Assembly (NCBI GenBank): GCA_028534125.1
Contig: CM052817.1
Location: forward strand, 41,480,001-41,544,000
Origin: Lama glama
Taxonomy: Eukaryota
Length of the DNA stretch: 64,000 bases
Direction of reading: 5' to 3'
Positions 38,217-50,170 of this stretch are shown here, piece by piece. Under the pieces are notes generated by a model, which was not told the DNA's origin, did no database searches, and saw only the letters and a program-made list of their open reading frames with translations. Both the position numbers and the translations under genes were made by a program. Numbering within the stretch: the first letter of the stretch is position 1; each line of letters starts with the position of its first letter.

Positions 38217-38913
38217 TGTCGACTGAAGAAAATGCACAACCTAAAAGTCATAAGTCATGTGTTATTCAGAGACCTTACTAAGGACTATAGCCCAGGAGAC
38301 AGCCTCTCAGACAGCCCTGAGGAACTGTTCAAAAGAAGTAAGGGAGGAGCCAAGATACATAGGAGTTTTTGCTAGAAAAACAACAATAACACAAACAGAC
38401 CATGTAGTAGGACATCAAAAGATCACTGCCGAAGGGCGGAGGGGCAACACAGGGGTAGGTGGGTAAGAAAGACAAACTGTTAGGTGTAAAATAAGCTACA
38501 AGGATGTATTGTACAACATCAGAAATAAAGCTAATACTTTATAATAATTATAAATGGAGTATAACCTTTAAAATTGTGCATCAGTATATTGGACACCTAT
38601 AACTTATATAATACTGTACAGCAATTATACCTAAATTTAAAAACAAAAAGAAAAAAAAGGATTTCTGTGACTCACAAATTCAGACATCTCAAGTTAGTGA
38701 CTTACTGCTTTGCTATACATGGCAAGATAGAAGCTTCTGGGCTCCTTGAAATTATCACTTAGATGTGCATCTTAACTCTCTAGGGCCAGTATCCTGTTTT
38801 TCCTCATCCTGAATTCCCCTCAGGGCACACTATTGGAGGCTGCAGTGGCTGATGGCTTGATGTTGGACAATATTCGTTGTTTACTGGATGGCAAGCAACA
38901 GTTTTTGTCTGCA
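38217..38913 (-). mobile_element. MER41-like (cetartiodactyl ERV1) solo LTR, interrupted by an L1 3' fragment
   Basis: TGTCGACTGAAGAAAATGCACAACCTAAAAG...CTGAGGAACTGTTC...CATCAAAAGATCACTG // CAGACATCTCAAGTTA...GGGCCAGTATCCTG, resembling the recalled MER41_BT-type consensus. Confidence 0.65.
38430..38658 (+). mobile_element. 5'-truncated L1 3' end inserted into the LTR
   Basis: AAAATAAGCTACAAGGATGTATTGTACAAC...AAATGGAGTATAACCTTTAAAATTG plus A-rich tail. Confidence 0.75.
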
Positions 38914-39626
38914 GCTGATACAGTGATTAGATTACTCTTTCAAGTTTCCCCCAACGGGAAGAGAGAAATGGAGGAGAGTTGAAGGGGAATTCAGGTCAAG
39001 GGAGAGCATTTTGTTGTTGGAAGAATTTCAGTGTTTCCATACTGATTAGAATGACCCAGCAAAGATGATGTGAAAGATTGAGGAGAAAGGAGAATTTAAG
39101 GAGCACGTCTGAACGGAGAAGTGTCTGCAGGAGCAGGGGCACAGGTGACCTTAGCGAGAGGCAAAGGCAGTTCCTTCACGGCACAGGAGAGAAGGGGAGT
39201 ACAGATGTGGGTAAGTAGACAGGGATGCTGGTGGAAAACTGTAGAAATTCCCTTTTCTCCTCCAATTTTCTTAGTGAAATAGGAAGTCAGGGCATCATTT
39301 GGGAGTGAGGATGGAGAGGAGTTTCTGGAAGTTTGAGGAGAAAGGACAAAATGTGAATTATGAGTCTCAGGGAGTGCGACAATAAGTGGTACATCAGGAA
39401 ACTCTAGACTGACTGCTGGGCAGCACTGAGTGGCCCCCTTGACGTTAGCGGGCATGGGTTTAAAGTGAGACACACACAGATGTGAACATGGTTGAATATT
39501 TTCCTCCAGTAACTGGCAGCTGCATTGCAGGCAGGGAGCAGGTGACAAAATGGGTTGACCGCTAACTTGACATGCTAATAGTTCATCACACGAGTAATAT
39601 TCGCCTGTTCTTTTCTGATTTCTCAG

Positions 39627-39693
39627 GTGGTTAAACGGTTTTAATTGGGAGGGACTGAAAGCACGGAACCTTCCATCACCTTTACAAAGAGAG
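39627..39693 (+). CDS. PRKG2: PRKG2 coding exon (~exon 18): WLNGFNWEGLKARNLPSPLQRE
   Basis: Acceptor tttctcag, donor GAG|gtatgg; 67 nt. Start of the AGC C-terminal tail. Confidence 0.96.
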
Positions 39694-39944
39694 GTATGGT
39701 ATCTGCTGTATTTCTCTCTTGATTTTTTTCTAAGTATTTGTTTTTATAAACAGATTTCAGGTGTGTGTGTGGGTGTGTAATAGATTAAAAGTTTTGAACT
39801 AGTTTTTAAATTTAAGTGAAAATGTCATAGCATTTGTGATTATAGGGTCTAAATAGTTTTACCTACTTGATGGACATTAGCTCAGCTCTTAGGAAACGAT
39901 GACATGTAAATCTAAGTCCCACGGTAGTCAGCATTGGTCAGGCT

Positions 39945-40238
39945 GACCGCTGGTTGTAGAAATATAATGTGCACCTGTAGATAATTTAAAATTTTTCTAG
40001 TAGCCATATTAAAAAGAAGTGGGTGAAATTAATTTTAATTATCATAATATGTTAAAATGCTGTTATTTCAATATGTACTCTACACACTAATGACTAATAC
40101 TAATGAGTGTTACATTTATTTTTTTCATACTCAATTTTCAAAATCTCAAGCTGATTTCCCACTTTGAGCACATCTCAGTTCTGACTGGCCACATTTCCAT
40201 TGCTCAGTCACCACACTTGGTTGGACAGCACAGCTCTA
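39945..40238. mobile_element. MER33-like hAT MITE
   Basis: AATTTAAAATTTTTCTAGTAGCCATATTAAAAAG...TTGGACAGCACAGCTCTAGA. Confidence 0.65.
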
Positions 40239-41659
40239 GAGAAAGCAGAACACCTGCCAAGTTGTGGGGAAGAATGCTTCAGGAGTGGTCTAGTCCGCAT
40301 CCTACAGATTTTATGCTGTGTTCTCTGTAGAGGACTTTTGAAGATCTGTTTCTTTCTTTGTACATTTTTAGATTGACATCTGATTTTTTTTCATCATTAA
40401 AGTTTAAATCATTGTGGAGAATATAATTTATAGTATGTTGCAAATATTGATATTTTAAAGTAAAACGTTATTGTTACTTCACCCCTTTAAATATATGCAA
40501 TGTAATCTAAATGCCATTGCAATTTGAAACTCATCAGTCGTTTAAAAAAATACAGGCAGAAATATTACATCATTCCTTTTCTCTCTTAACTCTTATTTCC
40601 ACTTTTCCGTTACATGTTCCCTACAAAAGTCCATCCTAACGTAAAAGGTTTTTATGTTTGATGGTCTTCTATTGATCATTCTTTAAGTGCTTTTCAATTT
40701 TAGTTTTATAAATTAACATTTTTTGTGACAACAGAAGTTTTTCTGGCAACAAATATTTCTTTCGGATTCACTTGCAATTACATTTTTATAGCATGCAGTA
40801 TCAAACAGCATAAATGTTATAAAAATTGTAAGTAATTATTAAACAAAAATATTTTGAAAAATTATTTAATGAACTTGTAAATAAATATAATTTACTTAGA
40901 AATGGGGTCAGACTCCATATAAATTCTATTTCTTTTTAAAATTATTTTTATACAGAGGCAGATGCTAAGAGTTGTGTTTCCATAAATAATGAGAGTTGAG
41001 GGTTCTACAATAGCAATGCCACTTTGGACACCTCTGAATAGTCTCCTTGTCCCCCCAAAAAACACATTGTGGTCGATCGTTAATGGTATTGTTAGTGATC
41101 TCTCAGCTGATAATTCAGTTTGGTACTACTGAAAATTGTTTCAAAGCAAAGGATTGGAAAGCACTTGATTTGCAAAGTAATTTATTACCAGAGTCATTTT
41201 GCTCTTTCAACAGGATCACTAATGTTTAAATTTGTCCCTTTGACATTCTAGAGATTTTATATGGGTCAATTAACCATATCAAAATTTAAGATTAGTAAGA
41301 AGCTCTTATAAAGTAGAAGAAAGATGCTGTCTAATTTTGATTTTTTAGTATTCCCTTTTAAAATGTTTTCTAGTTTGAAAAAAAAAGAAGACATTGTTTC
41401 TGTCGCCTTTTCTTTCAGAAATAAGTCCTCAGGTCAGGTTGTTATTGAACGTAATTCGGGGACCCAATCCATTTGTTCCAAAGGGGAGATCTCACGAGGC
41501 TAAGAGTGTGATTCAGAAAGGATAACTGGTCATCTTTTCCTTATATGTACCTTACAAGTGGTTGCAGTGTAACATCAGTGTTCAGATGTAGAAAGAATCC
41601 CCCATATGCACTAGCATGCTTAGCGTTTTCCTCACCTCTGGTTCAATCCTGTCTACTAG

Positions 41660-41755
41660 CTCAGCGGACCCACAGATCACAGCTACTTTGACAAGTATCC
41701 TCCTGAGAAGGGAGTGCCTCCAGATGAGCTGTCAGGCTGGGATAAAGACTTCTGA
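41660..41755 (+). CDS. PRKG2: PRKG2 last coding exon: LSGPTDHSYFDKYPPEKGVPPDELSGWDKDF-stop
   Basis: Acceptor gtctactag; TGA at 41753-41755. Characteristic PKG C-terminus SGWDKDF. Confidence 0.97.
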   Translation, partial: LSGPTDHSYFDKYPPEKGVPPDELSGWDKDF

Positions 41756-43640
41756 CGGAAGAGAAGAGGATGACCGCCTCCACTGCACAAGAGGACTCTG
41801 AGGTCCAACATCCCAACCCTGATTACTTCTCTTTGTTGTGTTATGCTATCTTTGGGAAGACCATTAGAGAAAAGAAATCTCTGCCCATGAGCTGGGAGTG
41901 GGAAACAGTGGGTGTGGAGGTGGTTCTGAATGATCACGTCTCATTTACATGCTGTGAATTATTCATGTATTCCATTCTCGGCTTCTCTCCAGTATTGTAG
42001 GCTATCCTGTTCCCCCTCCAAAGTCAGAACTATTTCTGTTAAAGGGACGTCGTTTGCTCTGCAACCTATTGCTCCATCCCTTTGTCTCCTTTGAGTCCTG
42101 GTAAGGTTTAAAAAGTGTCTTGCCCTTGAGCAACTAAGTATTCAAATAGAAGGAAGAATAAGGGTGAATTTTAGAAGATTTCCCTTGCTCTCAACCACCT
42201 CACGTAAGCATTAGGGCATCTTGAAGTCATGATTTTCAGGAAACTTGGTAGTCAGTAGAAGCTCTTGATTTTCACCAGTGTCCAACCTAGAAATGTATTA
42301 ATACGCTTCTGATACCAGTACAGGGAAGGGCGGGCTTGAGTATTAGTCAGTGGTATCACTTCCTAACATAAATGAGTTCATTCATCTAGCCAGGTGATTC
42401 TGTTCTATTGGGGAACTTAGAAAAAAATAAACAAAGCAAAAAATATTTTTCATTCTCCAGTGATCAGCCATGATACTTCAGCAACTTTGCAAAAGCCTGG
42501 TTAAAGGTGGTTATAATGTGTGGTTCGGTGATGGGCCTCTGGAAAGGTTTGATCTTATGTATGAAATATTTTCACAGTCAAATTAGAGAACGTGCAGGAA
42601 CAAATTGTGGATGTTTCCTTCCTATTAAATATGGAGAATAAATTCTAATAGGTAATAAGGCTGAAACTCTGAGCTATTTTGGCCAGTTCTGTGATTGTTG
42701 CTATTAATAAACCAAGAATATAGAATAACCACAGTTAATTTTTAATGAAAATCCCCTTGGCAAATGTTGATGCACACCCAATCACGGCTGCATTAATAAC
42801 TTTTTAAGGACATTTGAGTCATTGGTGTGTTTATAGTTGTAGATTTTAAGGCAAGCAAGCTGCTAGAGAAGTGATGGGACAGTAAAGGGACTTCCAGCAT
42901 CTGTCCCCCTCCTGTCTCCTCCTGCAGTCTTCCAATTAATAAATAGATTTGTTTCAATAACATTGGATGCCAGTACCTAAGAACTTTACTAGTAGGATGT
43001 TTTTATATATTGACCATAATCACTTCTGCAGCTTCCTTCCCAAATGAATGGGAAACAAACTCTCTCTCTCTTTGATCTGGCAGAGTAAAAATAATGTCTA
43101 AGTTCCTGCATTACTCAAGCTTCTGGTTATATTTTCATATGCTAATGTTCTGTAGGAAAAGCAGCCTCTACCCACACTCCACCCATCTTTTCAGCATTCA
43201 GGGAGTCTGCTATCTGCTTCCTGAAGTGTTGAATCAGATACGTGAGGTCCAACCCAAGAAGGTGCATCCTTAACAAATTAAATTTCCACATTTAGAATCA
43301 TTTTGCTGAACCAAAGAATTTTTGTTTCCTGGAGTAGTATTTTTAAAGATTATGCATTGTACATAGAAAAACCATTTTTAATAGGATTGACATAACCTGC
43401 TTAATGAATTTCTAAGATTTTTAAAAGATTTTTATTTGCATTTGGTTTGTAGGCACTGTATGTTTTTCCATGTATATATTTTTAAATTACCCACCTATAA
43501 ATGGAGGAAATGTATGTATTGGGTGGATATTAGAACTGTACAGTTATTCTAGCAGTGATATTCTCAAAGGTGGTCAATAGTTGTAATTCAAAAAAGACTT
43601 ATATGTACACAAATAAAAACCAACTTAGAGGACTACAGGT
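41756..43640 (+). other. PRKG2: PRKG2 3' UTR (3' end approximate)
   Basis: Apparently repeat-free AT-rich sequence after the stop codon. AATAAA at 42637, 42706, 42938 and 43612; MIR-like sequence resumes at ~43745. Confidence 0.7.
43612..43617 (+). terminator. Probable distal polyadenylation signal of PRKG2
   Basis: AATAAA preceded by a dense run of TGTA elements (43358-43610) and followed by T/GT-rich tracts (~43640-43705). Confidence 0.6.
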
Positions 43641-44814
43641 TTATTTTGGCTATGATTGGCCATGTCAGTATACAATCTCCACATGTGATTTTATTGTGTT
43701 TTCTTTAGAGTACTTTATAAAGATGAAGAAATGAGAGATTGACCCATAATCCCAATTCTGCTATTTCCTAGCTGGGTGACCTTGAGAAAATGACTCCCCT
43801 TTTTTGAGTACTAGCTTTCTCACCTGTAAAAAAAAAAGCACAGTAAAGTAATAGCTACTTTAGAGGCCTGTTTTGGGGAGTAAATTGATATTTAGAGAGT
43901 CCTTCGCCAATATGAATGAAATAATCAGTTCTGCATGGATGGGAGCTACTGTTACTATCTCTGTTAGAATTAAAGGGGCCTTAATAACCACTTCGTCCTG
44001 AACCTTATCTGTCAGATTGTATCTGTATGCACAGTTGTGCCAATTAAATTGAGTATCAATCTTTTCTCTTTTTTTAAATCATAAAGTAAAGATGGTTAAT
44101 CAAATTTTAGTGAATATGGTGAACTCTCACCAAAATAAGTGCTTTATTAAGAGCTCTCTGCTCATCTAAGTTTCTAAATTTTAATTTTTTATAAATTAAG
44201 GATATATATATATTCTTAGAAAATAGACAAAATGATCCCTCTATATACAGACCTATCATATTCCTAATCATTAAAGCATTCCTAATATCTCTTTTCTGGG
44301 TGCAAAGTTACTTTTTCATTCTTGAGCCTCTTCTCTTTGGGGCCAAGTTTTCACAAGGGTAGTTTCTTAATCTTTTCCCTAAATATTAAAATGTCTGGAG
44401 GGAGGAGAATGTAGTGGTGAAAAGTAAGAGATTTGGACTAAAATAAAAATGGGTTTGAATTCCTGCTCTGCCCAGATTTGTGTGACCTTGGATAATAACA
44501 AACCACATCTTTATTCGTCTGTAACTTACAGATGGTACATGTGAAGCCTTGGAACATTGGGCCAGACTATTATTACTTGTGGGTCATTGAAAATAACCAT
44601 TTGGAAATAAACGTATACATATATTTCTTTTGGCATAATAATAAATCTTTGTTTTTTATTGCCAGGTATTATACTATGAGTATTTACATCCATTATCTCA
44701 TTCATACAAGATTCTAAAATAATTATAAACACACTGCCTATTGACTGCCTTCAAAGCTAAATATTGGCCTCAAAAATATGCCTTTCATTCTCAGTTGCTG
44801 TGATGGTTTTCCAT

Positions 44815-46030
44815 GGCTTAGTTCCAGTTGCTATAACAATATAACAAATTAACCCACAACTTGGTTGCTTGGAACACCATTTTATTCTTCTTCTTGAGTC
44901 TGTGGGTCAGGAATTTGGACAGCATGTGGCAAGTATGGTTTGTCTCTGTACCACAGTATCTGGGGCATCAAGCAGAAAGAGTCAGAGATGGGGGTGACTC
45001 AATGGCTGGGAGCCTTCGCCCGTGTATCTGGAACCCAGGCTGGGACTACTCAAAGACTAAGACTGCTGTTCTGCATGCCCGTACACATCCTCAGCATGAT
45101 TTGAATGCCTCACATTATGATGTCCATAGAGTAGACCAGTGCATTTTGTGGTGCCTTGGGGCTTCAAGAGCAGGTATTCCAGCCAACAAAGAGAGGCTAT
45201 ATAAACTTTATGAACCAGCCTTGGAGTCACATAGCATCATTTCTGCCATACTCTATTGGTGGAAATGCAAGCCCACCAGATTTGAGGGGAGGGAATATAA
45301 ACTCCAGTTCTTAATGAGGAGAGTTTCAAAGAATTTGCAATCAAGTTTTAAAACTGCCACAACCCACTTTCTGGCTACAGACTATTTACATTACTGCCAT
45401 GTGCAAAATAAACTTACTCCCTCTCAAGAACCTCCCTAAAAATATCATCTCATTGCCTCAGACTTAAGCTCAAGTCTGGGATCTTGTCATCTAAATTCAA
45501 TTCAGGTACGGATGAGGCTCCTCAGGTGTAACTCTTTGGACACATTCTTTTAGGTCAGAAAGTCTATGAACTAAGTTAACAAGTTATCCGTCCCCATACT
45601 CACAACACAGAATGGTGAGACAACTGAAGGATAACAACAGATCCTTGTGTTCTGAGAGGGAGAACGTGAGAGGCACAAAGCAGCACTGAGCTGTAGAATT
45701 CTGAAACTTGTTACCATTTCTCTGCTTAAGGCTCAGTCCTACTCCCTGTGAATTGTTCTCCATAGCATTTGGCTCCACCAGGTAGAATCTTGGTTCTGCC
45801 TCTGAGTTATCCTTTTTTTTTCTGTAAGATATGTCTGATATTTCCAACTGAGTTGACTTCTTAGCCTGTTTCCTGCCTGTAAACGTTTAGTGGTAGAGAT
45901 GCCTTTTTCCAGTTTGTTTGTCTCTCTTTATTCCAAGCTGATACATTTCCTTTAAAAACTTTGTGAGTTTCCTATGTATGAATTCATGATCCACTCCATT
46001 AGACAAATGTTATACTTATGCATCTTTTCT
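44815..46030 (-). mobile_element. MaLR LTR (MLT1 family, ~44815-45361) plus adjoining MLT internal sequence
   Basis: Typical MLT1 motifs (TCTGTGGGTCAGGAATTTGG; end TTTTAAAACTGCCACA) followed by MLT-int-like sequence. Explains ORF 44861..45439. Confidence 0.65.
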
Positions 46031-46144
46031 GTGAAGATGCTGTGGGAAAAAAAGATTCTTAGAAATTCTATTTTTTTTTTAAAGAGAGGGCATGTATAGC
46101 ATATGCTTAAAGTGTTTAGAAGGCCTTTTGCCTGTTTGAGAGGG

Positions 46145-47100
46145 TGTGGTGGTCAGCTTCAAAGATGGCTTCCCTCTCTTCTCTTCTCTTCTCTGCCATC
46201 CTATGTGCAGTTGAACTTGCTTGTCACGTCTTCTCACAAGACTTTCAGGACCAAGCGATTCCTGGCCAAGAAACAAAAGTGGAATCACCCCATTCCCCAA
46301 TGGATTCACATGAAAACTATTAATAAAATCAGGTACAACTCCAAAAGAAGACATTAAGAAAAACTAAGCTGCGTCTATAAGGAGTCACGCACATGAGGTG
46401 GCACACATACTTATCCTGTGTCGAGGTCATCTGCATCTTACTATATCACTAAGAAAACATCTCTACTATCTGAAAGTCTGGATGTGTTTAATTGGGGAAA
46501 TGATTTTTCTCTTGGCATCAGTGTTTCTGCACTAGTGCTAATAAATACATGAGACCTTTTGTTGGAAAAAAAAAAAAAACCAAAGATGGCTTCCAATGAT
46601 CCCTGCTTACGGTGTTCAGGCCCTATTATAATCCCTCCCCTTCAGTGTTGGCTGAATCTAGTGACTTTCTTCCAGCAAAGAGAATATACTAAAAAGAGAT
46701 GGGATGTCACTTCTGAGATGACATTATGAAGTAACTCTGCTTCTGTCCTGCTCACCGTTTCTTGCTCTCTCATTTTCTTGATCTGAAGGAAGCCAGCTGC
46801 CATTATGGGAGCTTCTCTATGGAGAGGTTCATGTGGCAAATAACTAAGGGAGTCTCTGGCCACAGCCAGTGAAGAAATGTAGCCCACAGTCCCCCAACCT
46901 GTGATGAACTGAATCCAGCCAACAACCACAGCGGTAGCTTGGAAGCAGGTCCTCCTTCAGCTGAGCCTGCAGATGAGACTGTAACCTTGGCCAATACTTG
47001 GTCAAAGCCTAGTGAGAGCCCATCAGCCAGAGGAGCCAGATAAACAACTCCCATATTCCTGACCCACGGAACCTGTGAGCCAGGAACTGTGTATTGAATT
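46145..47100 (+). mobile_element. MaLR solo LTR (MLT1F-like), interrupted by the RPL39 retrocopy
   Basis: Starts TGTGGTGGTCAGCTTCAAAGATGGCTTCC and continues after the retrocopy as AATGATCCCTG...GATGGGATGTCACTTCTGAGAT, resembling the recalled MLT1F 5' end. Confidence 0.75.
46174..46580 (+). pseudogene. RPL39: Processed pseudogene of ribosomal protein L39 (RPL39 retrocopy)
   Basis: Intronless [42 protein letters not shown]. Start ATG is mutated to ACG (46226-46228). A 1-bp deletion gives a premature TAA (46355-46357); the ancestral stop is at 46378-46380. Pyrimidine-rich TOP-like 5' UTR, AATAAA at 46540, poly(A) 46566-46579, TSD CAAAGATGGCTTCC at 46160-46173 and 46581-46594. Confidence 0.96.
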
Positions 47101-47109
47101 AAACTATGA

Positions 47110-47610
47110 GATTGGGAAGGAAAGACAGACATGAAGTGGAAGAAACAAGAACAAACTGGACACAAGAGGACAAACCAGAATCCTTGAGGAAAAACTGGAA
47201 TTTGTGATGACAGACCAGAATCTATGAAGACAAATTAGAATCTGTGTCTGTCTTTCATGGTTGCCAACCTTGGCCATACGAGTGGCTTGCAGGATAAGCT
47301 GGCACCTTTCACGCATACCTGGCTCGGGATTTGCCAGTGCCAAAGGAGCAATCTGGCTGGAGCTGGAGGGACCACAGGTTTGGCTGTTGCTCTTCCCCCA
47401 CAAGGTGAGCCAGCAGATCAACAAAAATGTGCACGAGCTGCAACAGTGCCTGATCTTGCGCTGACCTCCAGAGTACAAACATGGTTGCTACTGGCTTGGG
47501 CTTTTCAGGTCTTATGCAGATTTGTCTTGTGACAAAGCCAAGCTCAGAACCACACTGAGAAAGGAGCTCCAGGAAACATGCTTCTGGCTTAGCTAAACTG
47601 ACGCACTACA
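47110..47610 (-). mobile_element. ERVL-type LTR (LTR41-like)
   Basis: Reverse complement begins TGTAGTGCGTCAGTTTAGCTAAGCCAGAAGCATGTTTCC, resembling the recalled LTR41 5' end. Confidence 0.5.
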
Positions 47611-49479
47611 GATTCACTCAGTTTCAAACCTATATATATGTGTGTATGTCATTATTCTTATGTAATTAATCCAATTTGAATTTTTAATTAACGCGATTTG
47701 CTTCCTGTCTTTCCACCCAATATTTATCAATGTGTAGATAGAGCACAGGCCATGTGACGCCACTGATACCAGCAATAGCAGTCTGTCTCAGGTGATTGAC
47801 AGGCAAGCTCGCGACTGAATCAGAGCTGGAGCATTTTCAGTTTCGGAAAGTATAAAACCAAGATATTTTTGTTTATTTAATTGTTATAAATTTAAAATGG
47901 CATAATCAAAAGTAGCATGAAATTCGTTTTGATAAATATAAACTTTATCAGTGAGGGAAAAACAAGTAGACACGCACTGAGAAGATAAAAAGCCGAAGAA
48001 AATACAATGAGATCAAGGAAGAACCCTGGCAATGCATCAGTCCTGGAAACCAAGTACGGTAAATGGAGTGCAGAGAGTCACAAAATTAAGATATGCCTGG
48101 AAATGCTTAGAAATTCATTCCATGAGTCAAGGCCAAAGAAAGTAAAGTCAATAAAGTCTAACAAAAATATTAAAATACGTATTTTTTTCTTGATCAGAAG
48201 GAGTAAGGGGAATCCTCTTATTCTAATGAATAGTGAATGTGAAGAAAGATATTTAATGCATGTCGTAATTGATACATTCAACCATTATTAATCAAGCTCT
48301 GTTCCAGGCACTATTCTAGATGCTGAGGATACAGCAGAGGGCAGAAGTCACAGCCCTTGTATGCACTCCAGTTTAGCAGATGAAGACTTAACTGAGGGTC
48401 ATCTCCAGGTGGTGTGATCACGGATATTTTCTTCTAAGTTTTCTGCATTGAACTTATATTTTGTAATAAAGAACAACATTTATTTTTAAAATATATACTT
48501 GAAATTGAGAAACAGGCTAATTACCAGAAAGATTATTGAAAAAAATGTCCGTGGAACATCAACCACAAAGCTCACTCTATCAAATCACTTTACAGGCAGA
48601 TGAATGATGGACCCTCTCGTGCCTCTCCAGTGTTAAGTGCTTCTTCTTTACTTAAATCTTCGTGTCAAGCCTTTGCAGACTCTCTTTGTTCTTCCCTCTC
48701 AATTCTGACATTTTCCCTCAGATGCAAATTAAATCTTCTGCTTGATAGCAGCAGGTGATTTACTTCACTGAGTGGTGTTGGCTGTTTTCAAAAAATGTTT
48801 AGTTCTGCTTCTGCCAGACTTCCTGTGCCTAGTTCCCCCACCTCCTTCATCCGCAGGTAGAGTAGCTCCTGGCAACCACATCCTCTCCAATAAATGCATA
48901 TGCACAAACTAATTAACTAGTAAATCAATCAACTGTTCTATTGATTGACTCTCTCAACAAATATTTTGGTGACTACTCTGTACCGGTCACTGGTGTTCAG
49001 CAATAAACAATACAGACAATGAACAACAGAGACAGGACCAAGTGCCATTTATTCTAGAGCAGCCTGTGATGAGTCCCAAACATGGGAAAGAGGGGCTTCC
49101 TCTCCTCCCTCTTTCCTTCCACAGTTCCCTGAAGCTAGAAAAGGGCAAGTTTTCTCTTCTGTCTGGACTTTCCTTATATATATAAAATTCTCTGATCTCT
49201 TCCACAAAGTCTGATCCTTTATAAGCTAAAGGTGATAGAGGAATTTAGATCAAGCTTTCTCAGGACCAAAGCCTGGCTTCTGAATTCCAAAAGCTTAGTG
49301 TTACTGAAGACTTTCTTAGCGCAACCCTAACTGGGACAAATCCTAATCAGCAGGTGTATGATTCAAGAAAAGAACCAAGATTTATTCTCAGCGGGCAAAA
49401 ACAAAATCACATTAATAATTCAAAATTCAAAAGAAGAATTACTTCCCGTTTGCTGAGATAAATAAACAAGAATTCATTA

Positions 49480-50170
49480 TGGTGATAAACTCTATTAAAT
49501 AGGATAATGTGAGGCTGAGGAGAGGTGAGAACGGCTTTGAATAATGGTGAGAAAATGCTTTCCAGAGTAAGTAACATTTGAGATGAGACTTGAATGGCAA
49601 AAAGGTAACAACCTTGAGACAGTCTAGGAAAAAGTGTTCCAGACAAAGAAATCAGATGCAGAAGCTGTGGGGGAATTAATGGATTTGGCAAGTTCGAGAA
49701 ACAGAAAGAAGTCTTGTTAAGTTTCCAGAATAGTGAGAGCTGCCTAGTGAGAGGTAGGCAGGGCCAGACTATGAGAACCTCATAGACCACAGGAAAGAGT
49801 TTGGTTTTGATCTTAAATGAAACATGAGGACATTTTATTTTATCTTTTTCCATTAGAGCAGGAGAGTGACTTGATCTGATTTATGTTTTCAAAAGATCAC
49901 TCTGGTGGCCATGCTATGAAGGAGCATAGATTGGGGAATAAAGGAAGCAGGTGGACCAAAAAGCAGGCAGTCGAATTATCTAATTCAGGAGAAAACCAGT
50001 GGGAACTGGCTCAGACTGGATTGTCAAATGGGTCATGTACAAAGAGTGATGGGCAAGTTGGAGCTGTGTTTTGGAAAGAGGTGATGAGTGACAGGAATGG
50101 ACGTGAAGAATGAGATAAAGAGAAGAAGCAACAAGAATGATTCTTGGGGTGTTCAAGGTTCTAGGTGAGT
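49480..50170 (-). mobile_element. L2 LINE fragment
   Basis: GA-rich antisense L2 (GATCTGATTTATGTTTTCAAAAGATCACTCTGG). Confidence 0.65.

Larger units (their letters stand above)
36860..39400 (-). mobile_element. L2 LINE (long degraded copy, hosts the MER41-like LTR)
   Basis: Antisense L2 3' end (TTATTGAG-like...TGTGCCAAGCA...CCCTGCCCTTGTGGAACTT) and GAGGTCCAAGGACTGAGCCC core. Confidence 0.7.

Noticed and set aside
41753..41773. UGA-CGG stop context as possible read-through signal
   Set aside because: The next in-frame TGA follows after only five sense codons (RKRRG); there is no supporting evidence.
44861..45439. 192-aa ORF downstream of PRKG2
   Set aside because: Lies within an MLT1 LTR, begins at a non-ATG codon and has no homology I recognise.
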